64,000 nt of DNA from Gemmatimonadota bacterium (GCA_965116475.1 OZ220691.1:1-64000); one strand, 5' to 3'. Counted from the first letter of the stretch, positions 50,810 through 61,151 are shown. The notes: generated by a model not told the origin, from the sequence alone. Numbers and translations: made by a program.

Positions 50810-51745
50810 CTAGTCCGACGATCCCAGGTAGGCGTCCACGGACGGCGAGTCTCCGACCGCGGTCACGCGCAGACTCCGATCGATGCGGCGGGCGAGGCCG
50901 GAGAGCACGTTGCCGGGTCCGACCTCGATGCAGCGCGTGGCCCCCGCCTCGCGGATGCGTTCGATCCCCTCCCTCCAGCGGACGGGCGACGTGAGCTGCA
51001 GGATGAGGGTTCGCCGCGCCTCCTCCGAGTCCGTCACGGGAGTCGCCGTGGCGTTGGACACGATGGGGAACGACGGATCGCGCCACATCGTCCCGTCGAG
51101 CGCCACCTTCAGCCCGTCGGCCGCCGTCGCCATGAGCGGCGAATGGAACGCGCCGCTCACGTTGAGCGGGAGGACGCGGCGCGCGCCGGCCTCCGAGGCG
51201 AGCCGGCCCGCCCGGCCCACGGCCTCGACGTCGCCGCTGATGACGACCTGTCCGGGTGCGTTGAGATTCGCGGGCACGGCGATCCCCCCGGCCGCCCCCG
51301 CGCGCTCGCACACGTCGGCGACGGTCGCCGCGTCCAACCCGAGTACGGCCGCCATCGTGCCCGGCCGGTCCGCGCCCGAGGCGCCCATGAGCCGTCCGCG
51401 CTCGCGCACGATTCGGAGACCGTCCTCGAAGCCGAAGGCGTCGGACACGAGGTACGCCGACAGTTCCCCGAGCGAATGTCCCGCCCCGATGCCCGGCTTG
51501 CCGGCGCGCGCGCCGATGAGATGCCAGATGGCGAACGAGTGCAGCATGATCGCGGGTTGCGCGTTCTCCGTCGCCCGCAGCTCGTCCTCGGGCCCCTCCC
51601 AGCAGATGCGGCGCAGCGGCATGCCGAGCGCATCGTCCGCCCGCTCGTAGAGTTCCCGCACCGAGGCGTCGTCTTCCGCCAGGTCCCGGCCCATGCCCAC
51701 GTACTGGGAGCCCTGTCCCGGGAAGAGGAGCGCGACCCCGCTCAC
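50810..51745 (-). CDS. fabD: Malonyl-CoA-ACP transacylase
   Basis: FPGQGSQ, QPA, GHSLGE, VSGAFHS.LM, PVRW, EVGPG. GTGA overlap with the plsX stop. Confidence 0.97.
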   Translation of the reverse strand: MSGVALLFPGQGSQYVGMGRDLAEDDASVRELYERADDALGMPLRRICWEGPEDELRATENAQPAIMLHSFAIWHLIGARAGKPGIGAGHSLGELSAYLVSDAFGFEDGLRIVRERGRLMGASGADRPGTMAAVLGLDAATVADVCERAGAAGGIAVPANLNAPGQVVISGDVEAVGRAGRLASEAGARRVLPLNVSGAFHSPLMATAADGLKVALDGTMWRDPSFPIVSNATATPVTDSEEARRTLILQLTSPVRWREGIERIREAGATRCIEVGPGNVLSGLARRIDRSLRVTAVGDSPSVDAYLGSSD

Positions 51746-52722
51746 GCGCCGCTCTCCTGCATGCGGACGAGGGAGGTGCGGGTGACGGAGGTGAAGCCGG
51801 AGGCGGCGCAGTCGGCCGCCGTGCGGATCCCGTTCATGATGGCGCGCGCGGGGGAGGTCCCGTGACAGATGACCGTGACGCCGTCCACGCCGAACAGGGG
51901 CGCCCCGCCATACTCGGTGTAGTCGAGAAAGCGCAGGGCCTCGCCGAGCTCGCCGCCTTCTCCCACGCCGGCGTTCCGGAAGATCTCCAGCACGAACTCG
52001 GCGATCGACTCGTAGAACTTCAGCAGCACGTTGCCGACGAAGCCGCCGCACACGAGCACGTCGCAGGCCCCGGTCACGATCTGGTGTCCTTCCACGTTCC
52101 CGACGAAATGCAGCCCGGGATCGGCGGAGAGGAGGCCGTGGGCCATCGCGACCGCGCCCCCGCCTTTCTCTCCCTCCACCCCGATATTGAGAAGGCCGAC
52201 CCGCGGCCGCCCGATCGAGAGCGTCCGGCGCAGGTAGGTCGAACCCAGGTGCGCGAACTGGTGCAGTTGCCTGGGGCGGACGTCCACGTTCGCGCCCACG
52301 TCCATGACGAGCACGCGCCCGGTCGCGGTCGGGAAGAGGGCGCCCACGGGCGGCCGATCCACGCCGGGGAGCAAGCCGAGCGTGAGTACCGAGGCAACGA
52401 CCGTGGCCCCGGTCGGCCCGGCGGACACGAAGCCGTCTGCGCTCCCGTCGCGCACGGCCTCCAGGCCGCGGACCACGGTGCTGTCCGCCTTCCGGCGCAC
52501 GGCGAGGGCGGGCGGTTCCGCCGGGTCGATGAACTCCTCCGCCGCGAGCCACGCCACCCGGTCGCGCGGGAATCCGGTGCGTGCTTCGCGCATGAGGCTG
52601 CGGGGGCCTACGAGCAGGAGGGAGAGGTCGTCCGGCCACGCGTCGAGCGCTCCCGCGGCGGCCTCCAGCACCGCCTCCGGCGCGGCGTCTCCGCCCAGCA
52701 GATCGAGTGCAATCCGAACCAT
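51742..52722 (-). CDS. plsX: Phosphate acyltransferase PlsX
   Basis: IALD..GGD.AP, SAG.TGA, DVGAN, LLNIG.E..KG, GNVEG, GF.GN, YGGAPL.G, HG.S. Confidence 0.95.
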   Translation of the reverse strand: MVRIALDLLGGDAAPEAVLEAAAGALDAWPDDLSLLLVGPRSLMREARTGFPRDRVAWLAAEEFIDPAEPPALAVRRKADSTVVRGLEAVRDGSADGFVSAGPTGATVVASVLTLGLLPGVDRPPVGALFPTATGRVLVMDVGANVDVRPRQLHQFAHLGSTYLRRTLSIGRPRVGLLNIGVEGEKGGGAVAMAHGLLSADPGLHFVGNVEGHQIVTGACDVLVCGGFVGNVLLKFYESIAEFVLEIFRNAGVGEGGELGEALRFLDYTEYGGAPLFGVDGVTVICHGTSPARAIMNGIRTAADCAASGFTSVTRTSLVRMQESGA

Positions 52723-52790
52723 GTCGGGCTCCCCGCCCGATTCACCTACCCGGCCCGGCCGCCGGAGGGCGGCGGCCGCGCTCGGGAGCA

Positions 52791-52973
52791 TCAAAAGTCG
52801 TCGATCTGAACGACCTCGCGGTCCGCGTAGTGGCCGCAGGTCGGGCAGACGCGATGCGGTCGTTTCGGGTCCCCGCACTTGGGGCACGCCTGGCGCGCGT
52901 TGTCCGCGGCCTTGTAATGCGTACGCCGCTTGCGCTTGCGCTGCTTCGACGTCCGTCTCTTGGGAACAGCCAT
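52791..52973 (-). CDS. rpmF: 50S ribosomal protein L32 (Zn-binding type)
   Basis: [28 protein letters not shown]. Confidence 0.97.
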   Translation of the reverse strand: MAVPKRRTSKQRKRKRRTHYKAADNARQACPKCGDPKRPHRVCPTCGHYADREVVQIDDF

Positions 52974-53060
52974 ATCGTCAACACACTCCTGGCAGCCATC
53001 GACTGGAACTCCGCGACGTTCGGGCGGAGCATGGCAACTGGCGCTTTTCGCGCCGGAATG

Positions 53061-53684
53061 TCAAGGAATGTCGCCCTCCGAAGCGCCCTTCGCGGCACCT
53101 TCGGAAGCGCCCTCCGAGGCACCTTCCGAGATACCCTCCGAACCTCCTCCCAGACCCTCCAGTGCGGCCCAGCGCGCATCGGGTTCCGGCGGCGGGCAGC
53201 GACACGCCTGTTCCGCGCGCCGCGCGCCGCACGCCGGGCACAGTCCCGGGCAGTCGGCCGAGCACTCCACCCAGGCGGGCGCATGGACCCACAACTCCTC
53301 GCGGAGAGGCCCCGCCAGATCCAGTTCGCCCGACCCGGTGTCCAGCGCCCAAACCCCCTCTTCCCCCGGCGCGACCCGGCCGGGCGGACGGTACAGCGCG
53401 GCCCACTTCGCGCGTACGCGAACCGGCGTCGGATCGAGACAGCGGCGGCACTCGACGGTGGCCCGCGCGGCGAGCGTGCCGCGGGCGCGAACCGCGGACC
53501 CATCCGCCTTCCGGACTTCGACCTCGACATCGATGTACTCGAAGGTCAGCGGCAGGACGCCGAGCGAGTCACCCGGCGCCTCGACGCGAAACGCCCGCTC
53601 GATGGGGCCGGCGTCGAGCCCCGCAAGTCCGATGCGCGCGGGCTCCGCCGGGTCGGGCGATGGCGATGCGCGCCGCGGACTCAC
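53061..53684 (-). CDS. yceD: YceD/DUF177 family protein
   Basis: ECRRCL, LDL, C..DC.GLC..CG, C.C, D.RW.AL. Lies upstream of rpmF and has a repeat-derived SEGA tail. Confidence 0.88.
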   Translation of the reverse strand: MSPRRASPSPDPAEPARIGLAGLDAGPIERAFRVEAPGDSLGVLPLTFEYIDVEVEVRKADGSAVRARGTLAARATVECRRCLDPTPVRVRAKWAALYRPPGRVAPGEEGVWALDTGSGELDLAGPLREELWVHAPAWVECSADCPGLCPACGARRAEQACRCPPPEPDARWAALEGLGGGSEGISEGASEGASEGAAKGASEGDIP

Positions 53685-54106
53685 GCGCTTTCGATGAGGT
53701 CGACCTGTCCGAAGAAAAAGCCGAGTTCCCCCCTCGCGTTTTCGTCGGAGTCGGAGCCGTGGATCGCGTTGCGCTCCTTGCTCTCCGCGTACAGCGAGCG
53801 CACGGTGCCCGGCGCGGCCTCCGCCGGATCCGTGGCGCCGATGACCTCGCGCAGGTAGGGCACGGCCCGTTCGTGTTCCAGCGCGAGGGCCATGCAGGGC
53901 CCCGACGTCATGAACTCCACGAGCGCCCCGAAGAAGGGCCGCTCCCGGTGCACCGCGTAGAACGCTTCCGCACCGGCCCGCCCGAGCCGCAGCACCCGTG
54001 AGCCCCGTATGCGAAAACCCGCGTCCTCGAGCGCGGCGAGCACCCGGCCGGCCTTCCCGGACCCGAACGCATCGGGCTTGATGATCGCGAGCGTCATCGT
54101 CTGCAC
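53681..54106 (-). CDS. ndk: Nucleoside diphosphate kinase
   Basis: IIKPDA, FY..H..RPFF, SGP, GAT.P..A.PGT.R, NAIHGSDS. Confidence 0.97.
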   Translation of the reverse strand: MQTMTLAIIKPDAFGSGKAGRVLAALEDAGFRIRGSRVLRLGRAGAEAFYAVHRERPFFGALVEFMTSGPCMALALEHERAVPYLREVIGATDPAEAAPGTVRSLYAESKERNAIHGSDSDENARGELGFFFGQVDLIESA

Positions 54107-54110
54107 GGCT

Positions 54111-54572
54111 TCACTCCCCTTTCGTTTCCTTCGCTTCGTTCGTTTCGCCTTCCGTGTCCTCGGCGTCCCGAAGAAGGAGTCTTCGGATGATGTCGCCGCG
54201 CGTCAGAAACCCGACGAGCTGGCCCTCGCGGACAACCGGCAGGCGTTCGATTTCCCTGTCCAGCATCAGACGAACCACGTTGGCGAGCGGTTCGTCCTCC
54301 TTCACGCACATCACGGCGCGTTCCATGATGTCGCGGACCTCGCCGGCGTGGGCGCTTCCCGCCGCCGGCGCGCCCACCTCGGCCCGCTCGAGCGCGGGGA
54401 GGAGGCCGCTGATCAGCAGGCGGTCCGTGAGCATCCCGAGCACATGGCCCTCGTCATCGATGACCGGCATGGCGCGGAGCCGCTTCCGCGCGAGCATATC
54501 CGCCGCCTCCTCCAGCGCCATTCCGGGAGCGGCCGTCGTCACGTCGCGGGTCATGATCTCCCGTACCTTCAT
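54111..54572 (-). CDS. Tandem CBS-domain protein
   Basis: MKVREIMT, MPVID..G.VLG, VRDIM, LPVV..GQLVG.LTR.DI. Confidence 0.9.
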   Translation of the reverse strand: MKVREIMTRDVTTAAPGMALEEAADMLARKRLRAMPVIDDEGHVLGMLTDRLLISGLLPALERAEVGAPAAGSAHAGEVRDIMERAVMCVKEDEPLANVVRLMLDREIERLPVVREGQLVGFLTRGDIIRRLLLRDAEDTEGETNEAKETKGE

Positions 54573-54619
54573 TGCCGCCTCCTGCCGGTTCTGCGTCGCA
54601 GCGGTCCCGACCCGAATCG

Positions 54620-55489
54620 CTAGCAGCGGTCGCGGATGAGGTCCACAAGGTCGGCGGGTCTCCGCGCGACCCCGATCCCGTGGCCCTCGAAGGCGCGGAT
54701 CTTCTCCTCCGCCGTCCCCTCGGAGCCCGAGATGATCGCGCCCGCGTGCCCCATGCGCCGGCCGGGCGGCGCCGTCTGGCCCGCGATGAATCCGACCACG
54801 GGTTTGCTCATCTCCCGCGACACGTACTCCGCCGCCACCTGCTCGTCCGTCCCGCCGATCTCCCCGATCACCGCGACGGCCTCGGTCTCCGGATCGGCCT
54901 CGAACGCCGCCAGGCAATCGACGAAGTCCGTGCCGATGAGCGGGTCGCCGCCGATCCCGACGCAGGCGGACTGCCCGATCCCGGCCCGCGTGAGCTGAAA
55001 GATGACCTCGTAGGTGAGGGTGCCGGAACGGCTCACGATGCCGACCGGCCCCTCGCGCACGATCTGTCCGGGGAGGATACCTACCTTGCCGCGGCCGGGG
55101 ACGATGAGCCCCGGGCAGTTGGGGCCGATGAGGCGCGCGCCCTTCTCCCGCACGTACGGGAGCACCCGCAGCATGTCCCCGACCGGCACGCCCTCGGTGA
55201 TGCAGACGATGAGCGCGATCCCCGCGTCCGCCGCCTCGAACACCGCGTCCGCCGCGAAGCGCGCCGGCACGTAGATGACGCTCGTGTTCGCCTCCGCCTC
55301 GGCCACCGCCTCCTCCACGGTGTCGAACACGGGCACGGCCTCGTCGAACGTCCGGCCGCCCTTCCCCGGCGTCACGCCCGCCACGACGCGCGTGCCGTAC
55401 TCCATCATCTGCCGCGTGTGGAACGAGCCGTCGCGCCCCGTGATCCCCTGGACGACGAGCCTCGTGTCGTCTCCGATGAAGATCCCCAT
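54620..55489 (-). CDS. sucD: Succinyl-CoA synthetase alpha subunit
   Basis: [47 protein letters not shown]. Confidence 0.98.
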   Translation of the reverse strand: MGIFIGDDTRLVVQGITGRDGSFHTRQMMEYGTRVVAGVTPGKGGRTFDEAVPVFDTVEEAVAEAEANTSVIYVPARFAADAVFEAADAGIALIVCITEGVPVGDMLRVLPYVREKGARLIGPNCPGLIVPGRGKVGILPGQIVREGPVGIVSRSGTLTYEVIFQLTRAGIGQSACVGIGGDPLIGTDFVDCLAAFEADPETEAVAVIGEIGGTDEQVAAEYVSREMSKPVVGFIAGQTAPPGRRMGHAGAIISGSEGTAEEKIRAFEGHGIGVARRPADLVDLIRDRC

Positions 55490-56667
55490 CAGCGGCCCCC
55501 GTCCCCGGGCTCGCCGCCCGCGCTGCCGCCGGCACTGTCGCCCGCACGGCGGACGGCCGTCTCGACCGCCCGGTCCATGTCCACCATCGCCGCGAATCCC
55601 CGCGCAGCGAGGATCGCAACCCCCTCCTCCTCGTTGGTTCCCGTGAGGCGGATCGTGATCGGCACCCCCAGCTCCATGCGGTTCGTCGCCTCCACGATCC
55701 CGTTCGCGACATCGTCGCAGCGCGTGATCCCGCCGAAGATGTTGAACAGAATGGAGTTCACCTTCGGGTCCTCGGTGATGAGTTCGAGCGCCGCCACGAC
55801 CTTGTCGGGATTCGAGGACCCCCCGATGTCGAGGAAGTTCGCGGGTTCGCCGCCGTAGTACTTGACCAGGTCCATCGTGGCCATCGCGAGGCCCGCTCCG
55901 TTCACGCAGCACCCGACGTTGCCGTCGAGCTGGATGTAGGAGAGTTCGGCCTCGCGCGCCCGCGCCTCGGCCGGATTCTCCGCCTCCGTGTCGCGAAGCG
56001 CCGCGATCTCCGGCAGCCGGAAGAGGGCGTTGTCATCGATGTTCATCTTCGCGTCGATCGCCTTCACCTCGCCGGCGGGGTTCACGATCATGGGGTTGAT
56101 TTCCGCCAGCGTGGCGCCGCTCGCCCGGTACGCCTCGTAGAGCTTCGCGATGATGGACGAAGCCTGCCGCGCCGTGCGCGGATCGTCGTACAGGTGATGG
56201 CCGAGGAGGGCCGCCTGGTGGGCGAGGAGCCCGTAGCGCGGGTCTACGGCGACCTTCCGGATCGCCTCCGGCATCGTGGCGGCGACTTCCTCGATGTCGA
56301 CGCCGCCCTCCGACGAGACCATGATCGTGTCCGCCTGGCGCGCGCGGTCGAGCACGATGCCGACGAAGGCCTCCGATGCGATGTCCTCGGCCGGCGCCAC
56401 GAGGACGCGCCGCACCTCGATCCCCTTGATCTCCATCCCGAGGATGGCTTCGGCGGCGGCGCGCGTCTCCGGCGGCGTCGCGGCGAGCTTGACGCCTCCC
56501 GCCTTGCCGCGTCCGCCGGCGTGGACCTGGGCCTTGACGACGACCGCTCCGCCGAAGCGCTCGGCCGCCGCCGCGGCTTCCTCCGCCGTCGCGGCGACCT
56601 CGGCCTCCGGCACCGGGATGCCGTGCCGCGCGAGGATCCGCCGCGCCTGGTATTCGTGAATGTTCAT
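55489..56667 (-). CDS. sucC: Succinyl-CoA synthetase beta subunit
   Basis: [48 protein letters not shown]. Confidence 0.98.
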   Translation of the reverse strand: MNIHEYQARRILARHGIPVPEAEVAATAEEAAAAAERFGGAVVVKAQVHAGGRGKAGGVKLAATPPETRAAAEAILGMEIKGIEVRRVLVAPAEDIASEAFVGIVLDRARQADTIMVSSEGGVDIEEVAATMPEAIRKVAVDPRYGLLAHQAALLGHHLYDDPRTARQASSIIAKLYEAYRASGATLAEINPMIVNPAGEVKAIDAKMNIDDNALFRLPEIAALRDTEAENPAEARAREAELSYIQLDGNVGCCVNGAGLAMATMDLVKYYGGEPANFLDIGGSSNPDKVVAALELITEDPKVNSILFNIFGGITRCDDVANGIVEATNRMELGVPITIRLTGTNEEEGVAILAARGFAAMVDMDRAVETAVRRAGDSAGGSAGGEPGDGGR

Positions 56668-56735
56668 CGGATCGTCATCATGGAATCGTCGTCATATCCC
56701 TTCTGGTCCCCGGTGGGGAGCCTTCGAATCTCGCT

Positions 56736-58103
56736 TCAAACCGCCGGCAGGTCGACCCCCTGACCGGCCAGGAACGTCCGCGCCACCTCCGCGATCTCCC
56801 GCAGACGCTCCTCCGTGTCCGCCTCCACGCGCGCCACCACGACCGGCTGGGTGTTGCTCGCCCGGATCAGCAGCCACCCGCCGTCGAACAGCACGCGCAC
56901 GCCGTCGATGTCGATGACCTCGTACCGCTCGCTGAAGAAGCGCACGGCCTCCGCCACGAGGCCGAACTTCCGCTCTTCGGGACAGTCCAGGCGCAGTTCG
57001 GGCGTGGCCGGATAGCTCGGAATCTCCGCCGCCAACTCCGAGAGCCGGCGTCCCGAGCGGGACACGAGACCCGCGAGGCGGGCGGCCGCGTAGATCGCGT
57101 CGTCGGTGCCGAAGAACCTGTCCGCAAAGCAGATATGGCCGCTCATCTCACCCGCGATGGGAGATCCCCCGGCCCGCATCCGCTCCTTGATGAGCGAGTG
57201 CCCCGTCTTCCACATCACGGGAACGCCACCGTGGGCCCGGATGACCCGCGGCAACGCCTGCGAGCACTTCACGTCGAAGACGACCTCGGCTCCGGGCCGT
57301 TCCGCCAGCACTTCCAGCGCGAACAGAAGCAGCAGGTGATCGCCCCGGATGATCTTCCCTTCCTCGGTCACCGCGCCGATCCGGTCCGCGTCTCCGTCGA
57401 GCCCGACGCCCAGATCCGCCGAGGTTCCCCGGACGCGTGCGATGAGGTCCTGCACGTACTCATCCACGGTCGGGTCCGGGTGGTGGTTGGGGAAGGTCCC
57501 GTCGGACTCGCAGTAGAGGCCGTCCACATCGACGCCCGCGGCGGTCAGGGCCCGTACCGCGACGACGCTCCCCACCCCGTTCCCGCAGTCGAGCACCATG
57601 CGCACGTCGCCCTCGACGCGTCCGCGCGTGGCGATCTCCTCCACGTAGCGGTCGAGGATCGCCGCCTCCCGCACCTCCCCACGGCCCGACGCTAACGCCT
57701 CCGCCTCGATCCGGTCTCGCAGGGCCCGGATCGCCGGGCCGTAGAGCGCCGCGCCGTCCCGCACCATCTTGATCCCATTGTACTCGGGGGGATTGTGGGA
57801 TCCGGTGATCTGAATCCCCGCGTCCGTCCCGAACTCGATGGCCGCGAAATAGAGGGCCGGCGTGGGTACCGTCCCGACCGTCGTCACGTCGACCCCGGCG
57901 GCGCACAGACCGCGGCACACGGCGGCCGAGAGCGCCGGAGACGAGGGCCGGTTGTCGTGTCCGACGACGACGCGCGGCGCCGGACGGTCCGCGAGTTCCG
58001 TCCCGAAGGCGTGCCCCACGAGTTGGGCCGCCGTCTCCGTCAGGTCGTCCCCGACGATCCCGCGAATGTCGTATTCGCGGAAGATTCCGGAGTGGATCGG
58101 CAT
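56736..58103 (-). CDS. Phosphomannomutase/phosphoglucomutase
   Basis: IFREYDIRG, TGSHNP, DGDADR, GEMSGH, RASNTQP. Confidence 0.93.
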   Translation of the reverse strand: MPIHSGIFREYDIRGIVGDDLTETAAQLVGHAFGTELADRPAPRVVVGHDNRPSSPALSAAVCRGLCAAGVDVTTVGTVPTPALYFAAIEFGTDAGIQITGSHNPPEYNGIKMVRDGAALYGPAIRALRDRIEAEALASGRGEVREAAILDRYVEEIATRGRVEGDVRMVLDCGNGVGSVVAVRALTAAGVDVDGLYCESDGTFPNHHPDPTVDEYVQDLIARVRGTSADLGVGLDGDADRIGAVTEEGKIIRGDHLLLLFALEVLAERPGAEVVFDVKCSQALPRVIRAHGGVPVMWKTGHSLIKERMRAGGSPIAGEMSGHICFADRFFGTDDAIYAAARLAGLVSRSGRRLSELAAEIPSYPATPELRLDCPEERKFGLVAEAVRFFSERYEVIDIDGVRVLFDGGWLLIRASNTQPVVVARVEADTEERLREIAEVARTFLAGQGVDLPAV

Positions 58104-59596
58104 CAGGGAGTCGGCGGATCCTCGGCCTGGACCACCATGCCCGGCGCCGGCGCATCCGCGAGGGCCTCGCGGGCCCGGTCGATGATGCGTCCCGGGAAGA
58201 GGCCGCCGAGCAGGATCAGAGCCACGCACGTCCCGATCACGAGGTTGAACCCCGGCCGCGGCGGCGGCGGCGTGCGGGCGTCCTCGGGCGCCGCCTCGAA
58301 GTACATCTTCCACACCACGCGGAGGTAGTAGTAGTAGGCGACGAGGCTCGTCAGAACGAGCGTGACCGCGAGCGAAATCTCCCCCGCATCCACCGCGGCG
58401 CGCAGCAGGTACAGCTTGCCGACGAAGCCCGCCGTGGGCGGGAAGCCGGCCAGCGAGAGGAGGAAGACGAGAAGCGCGGCTCCCAGCACCGGACGCCGCC
58501 AGCCCAGCCCCCGGTAGTCGCGCACGCGCTGGTTCCGGTCGCCCCGCCCCGCTACGTGGAAGACGATGGCGAAGCTCCCCGCCGTCACGACGGTGTACGC
58601 CGCGAGGTAGAACAGCGACGCGGACCGGCCCAGTTCGGAGGCCGCGACGACGCCGACGAGGAGATACCCGGCGTGCGCCACCGAGGAGTAGGCAAGCATC
58701 CGCTTCACGTCCCGCTGCGAGAGCGCGACCAGGTTGGGCACGATCATGGTGAGGATCGCCAGCCACCACACGGCGCCCTTCCACACTTCGGCCGCGCCCC
58801 CCAGGTCCACGGTCAGTACGCGCAGGAGCGCGATGAAGGCGGCCGCCTTGACCCCCGTCGCCATGAACGAGGTGACCGGCGTGGGGGCGCCGTCGTAGGC
58901 GTCCGGGGCCCACATGTGGAAGGGGACGGCGGCGATCTTGAACGCGAAGCCGATGAGCAGGAGGCCGATGCCCGCGACGAGGAGGAGGTCCCCCCCGGCC
59001 GGCGCGGCCGCGATCCGTTCGGCGGCGGTGGCGAGGCGCGTCGTCCCGGTAGCCCCGTACAGGAGCGCGATCCCGTACACGACGAAGGCGCTCGCGAAGG
59101 CGCCGACGATGAAGTACTTGAGGCTCGCCTCGGAGGAGCGCGGGTTCTTCCGCACGAACCCGGTGAGGACGTAGACGGAGATCGACATCAACTCGAGGCC
59201 GACGAAGAGGAGGATCAGGTCGCGCGCCGCCACGAGCACCATCATCCCGACGAGGGCGAGGAGAATCAGCGCGTGGAACTCCGGAGACCGCAGTCCCTCC
59301 CGGCTCAGGTAGTCGCGCGAGAGCGACACCACGAGCAGAGCTCCGCCGCACAGGATCGTGTCCGCCGCCACGCGGAAGCCGTCGAGCGCGATCATCGCGC
59401 CCGGCGGAGCGGAAGCGTCCATGAGCCACAGGCTCGCGATGAACGCGCCGGCAATGGCGTAGAGCGTGACGAGACAGTCGACGGACATCCGCCCGCCGCC
59501 TCCCCCGTCCGTGCGCACGAAGGCGTCGCGCATGAGGATGAACATGGCGGCCAGCGACAGCAGGACCTCCGGCAGGAGCGCGACCCAGTGATTCAC
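58103..59596 (-). CDS. nuoN: NADH-quinone oxidoreductase subunit N
   Basis: LELMS, EASLKYF, FKIAAVPFHMWAPD.YDGAPTP, KRMLAYSS.AHAGY, SLAG.PPT.GF. Confidence 0.96.
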   Translation of the reverse strand: MNHWVALLPEVLLSLAAMFILMRDAFVRTDGGGGGRMSVDCLVTLYAIAGAFIASLWLMDASAPPGAMIALDGFRVAADTILCGGALLVVSLSRDYLSREGLRSPEFHALILLALVGMMVLVAARDLILLFVGLELMSISVYVLTGFVRKNPRSSEASLKYFIVGAFASAFVVYGIALLYGATGTTRLATAAERIAAAPAGGDLLLVAGIGLLLIGFAFKIAAVPFHMWAPDAYDGAPTPVTSFMATGVKAAAFIALLRVLTVDLGGAAEVWKGAVWWLAILTMIVPNLVALSQRDVKRMLAYSSVAHAGYLLVGVVAASELGRSASLFYLAAYTVVTAGSFAIVFHVAGRGDRNQRVRDYRGLGWRRPVLGAALLVFLLSLAGFPPTAGFVGKLYLLRAAVDAGEISLAVTLVLTSLVAYYYYLRVVWKMYFEAAPEDARTPPPPRPGFNLVIGTCVALILLGGLFPGRIIDRAREALADAPAPGMVVQAEDPPTP

Positions 59597-59597
59597 G

Positions 59598-61151
59598 TCA
59601 CTCCCCTCCCCCGGCTTCGGACCCGACGTCGAGCCCAACCTCCGCCGTTCGCGTCTCCACGTGCTCGATCAGCGCCTCCACGGACGCCCGCGTCCGGTTC
59701 AGGAAGGGGCCCGGCCACACGCCGATGAGCAGGATCAGCGCGAGCAGCGGCGCGAGGATCAGGCGTTCGCGGCGGTTCACGTCGGTGAGCGCCCGGTTCT
59801 CCTCGCGGTCGAGGCGGTTGAAGAGGACGCGCTGCACCATGGGCAGCATGTAGCAGGCCGCGAAGATCACGCCCGTCGTCGCGATGGCCGCGATCCAGGG
59901 GTGCGTCCTGAACGTCCCCACGAGGATGAGGAACTCGCCCACGAAGCCGTTCGTCCCCGGCAGCCCGACGGAGGACAGCGCGACGACGACGAGCGCGAAG
60001 GCGAACACCGGCATCACCCTGGCGATGCCGCCGAAGTCCGCGATGCGCCGCGAGTGGCGCCGCTCGTACAGCATCCCGATGAGGAGGAAGAGCGCCCCGG
60101 TCGAGATCCCGTGGTTCACCATCTGGAGGATGCCGCCCTCGATCCCCTGCGTCGTGAGCCCGAACACGCCGAGCACGACGAAGCCGAGGTGGGCGACCGA
60201 GGTGTAGGCGATGAGTTTCTTCGCGTCCGGCTGCACCGCCGCCACCCAGGCCGCGTAGAGGATCCCGATCAGCCCCAGCACGAGCATCGCGTTCACGACC
60301 CCCGGGTCCGTCGCCGCGGCCGGGAAGAAGGGGAGCCCGAAGCGCAGGAACCCGTACACCCCCATCTTGAGCAGCACGCCCGCCAGGATCACGGAACCCG
60401 CCGTCGGCGCCTCCACGTGCGCGTCCGGCAGCCAGGTGTGGAACGGGAAGAGCGGCACCTTGATCGCGAACGCGAGCGCGAACCCCGCGAAGAGCCACAG
60501 TTGCGTCCGCCGCGCGAGATCCAGCGACACGAGATCCTCGTAGGCGAAGCTCCACGCCCCCGAGCCGTCCTGGAAGATCCACGCGAGGGTCACGATCGCG
60601 ACCAGCATGAGGAGCGAGCCCACCGCCGTGTAGAGGAAGAACTTCACGGCGGAATAGATCCGGCGCTCCCCGCCCCAGACCCCGATGAGGAAGTACATCG
60701 GGATCAGCATGATCTCCCAGAACACGTAGAACAGGAAGAGATCGAGAGCGACGAAGACGCCGATCATCCCCGTCGTGAGGAAGAGGAGCATCGCGTAGAA
60801 GGCGCGCTCGCGGCGCCGGATGTAGGAGAAGGAGCCCGCGACGGCCAGCGGCATCGTGAAGGTCGTGAGCAGGATCATGAGGATGGAGATCCCGTCCACG
60901 CCCACCGCGTAGGAGATCCCCCACGCCTCGATCCACGGGATGGAGACGAGATTCTGGAATCCCGGCTCCGCCGTGTCGAAGGTCCAGAAGAGCGGCAGCG
61001 AGAGCGCAAACAGGACGAGCGTCGTCGCGAGGGCGACGGTCTTCGCGCGCGCCTCGGGCGCCACGAGGCAGGCGGCCCCGCCCAGAAGGGGGAGGACCAC
61101 GAGCGCGGTCAGGATCCAGTGGGCGTCATAGAGCGCCATCACGGGGGCCAT
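59598..61151 (-). CDS. nuoM: NADH-quinone oxidoreductase subunit M
   Basis: GVDGIS, FYVFWE..LIPMY, KVPLFPFHTWLPDAHVEAPT, LLKMG.YG, NHG, GLPG.NGFVGEF. Confidence 0.97.
   Translation of the reverse strand: MAPVMALYDAHWILTALVVLPLLGGAACLVAPEARAKTVALATTLVLFALSLPLFWTFDTAEPGFQNLVSIPWIEAWGISYAVGVDGISILMILLTTFTMPLAVAGSFSYIRRRERAFYAMLLFLTTGMIGVFVALDLFLFYVFWEIMLIPMYFLIGVWGGERRIYSAVKFFLYTAVGSLLMLVAIVTLAWIFQDGSGAWSFAYEDLVSLDLARRTQLWLFAGFALAFAIKVPLFPFHTWLPDAHVEAPTAGSVILAGVLLKMGVYGFLRFGLPFFPAAATDPGVVNAMLVLGLIGILYAAWVAAVQPDAKKLIAYTSVAHLGFVVLGVFGLTTQGIEGGILQMVNHGISTGALFLLIGMLYERRHSRRIADFGGIARVMPVFAFALVVVALSSVGLPGTNGFVGEFLILVGTFRTHPWIAAIATTGVIFAACYMLPMVQRVLFNRLDREENRALTDVNRRERLILAPLLALILLIGVWPGPFLNRTRASVEALIEHVETRTAEVGLDVGSEAGGGE

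Noticed and set aside
52756-52778. 9-bp GC hairpin after rpmF, and a weaker one at about 49600-49640 after acpP, as terminators
   Set aside because: There is no convincing U-tract, and such stems arise easily at this GC content. They are at most mRNA-stabilising elements.
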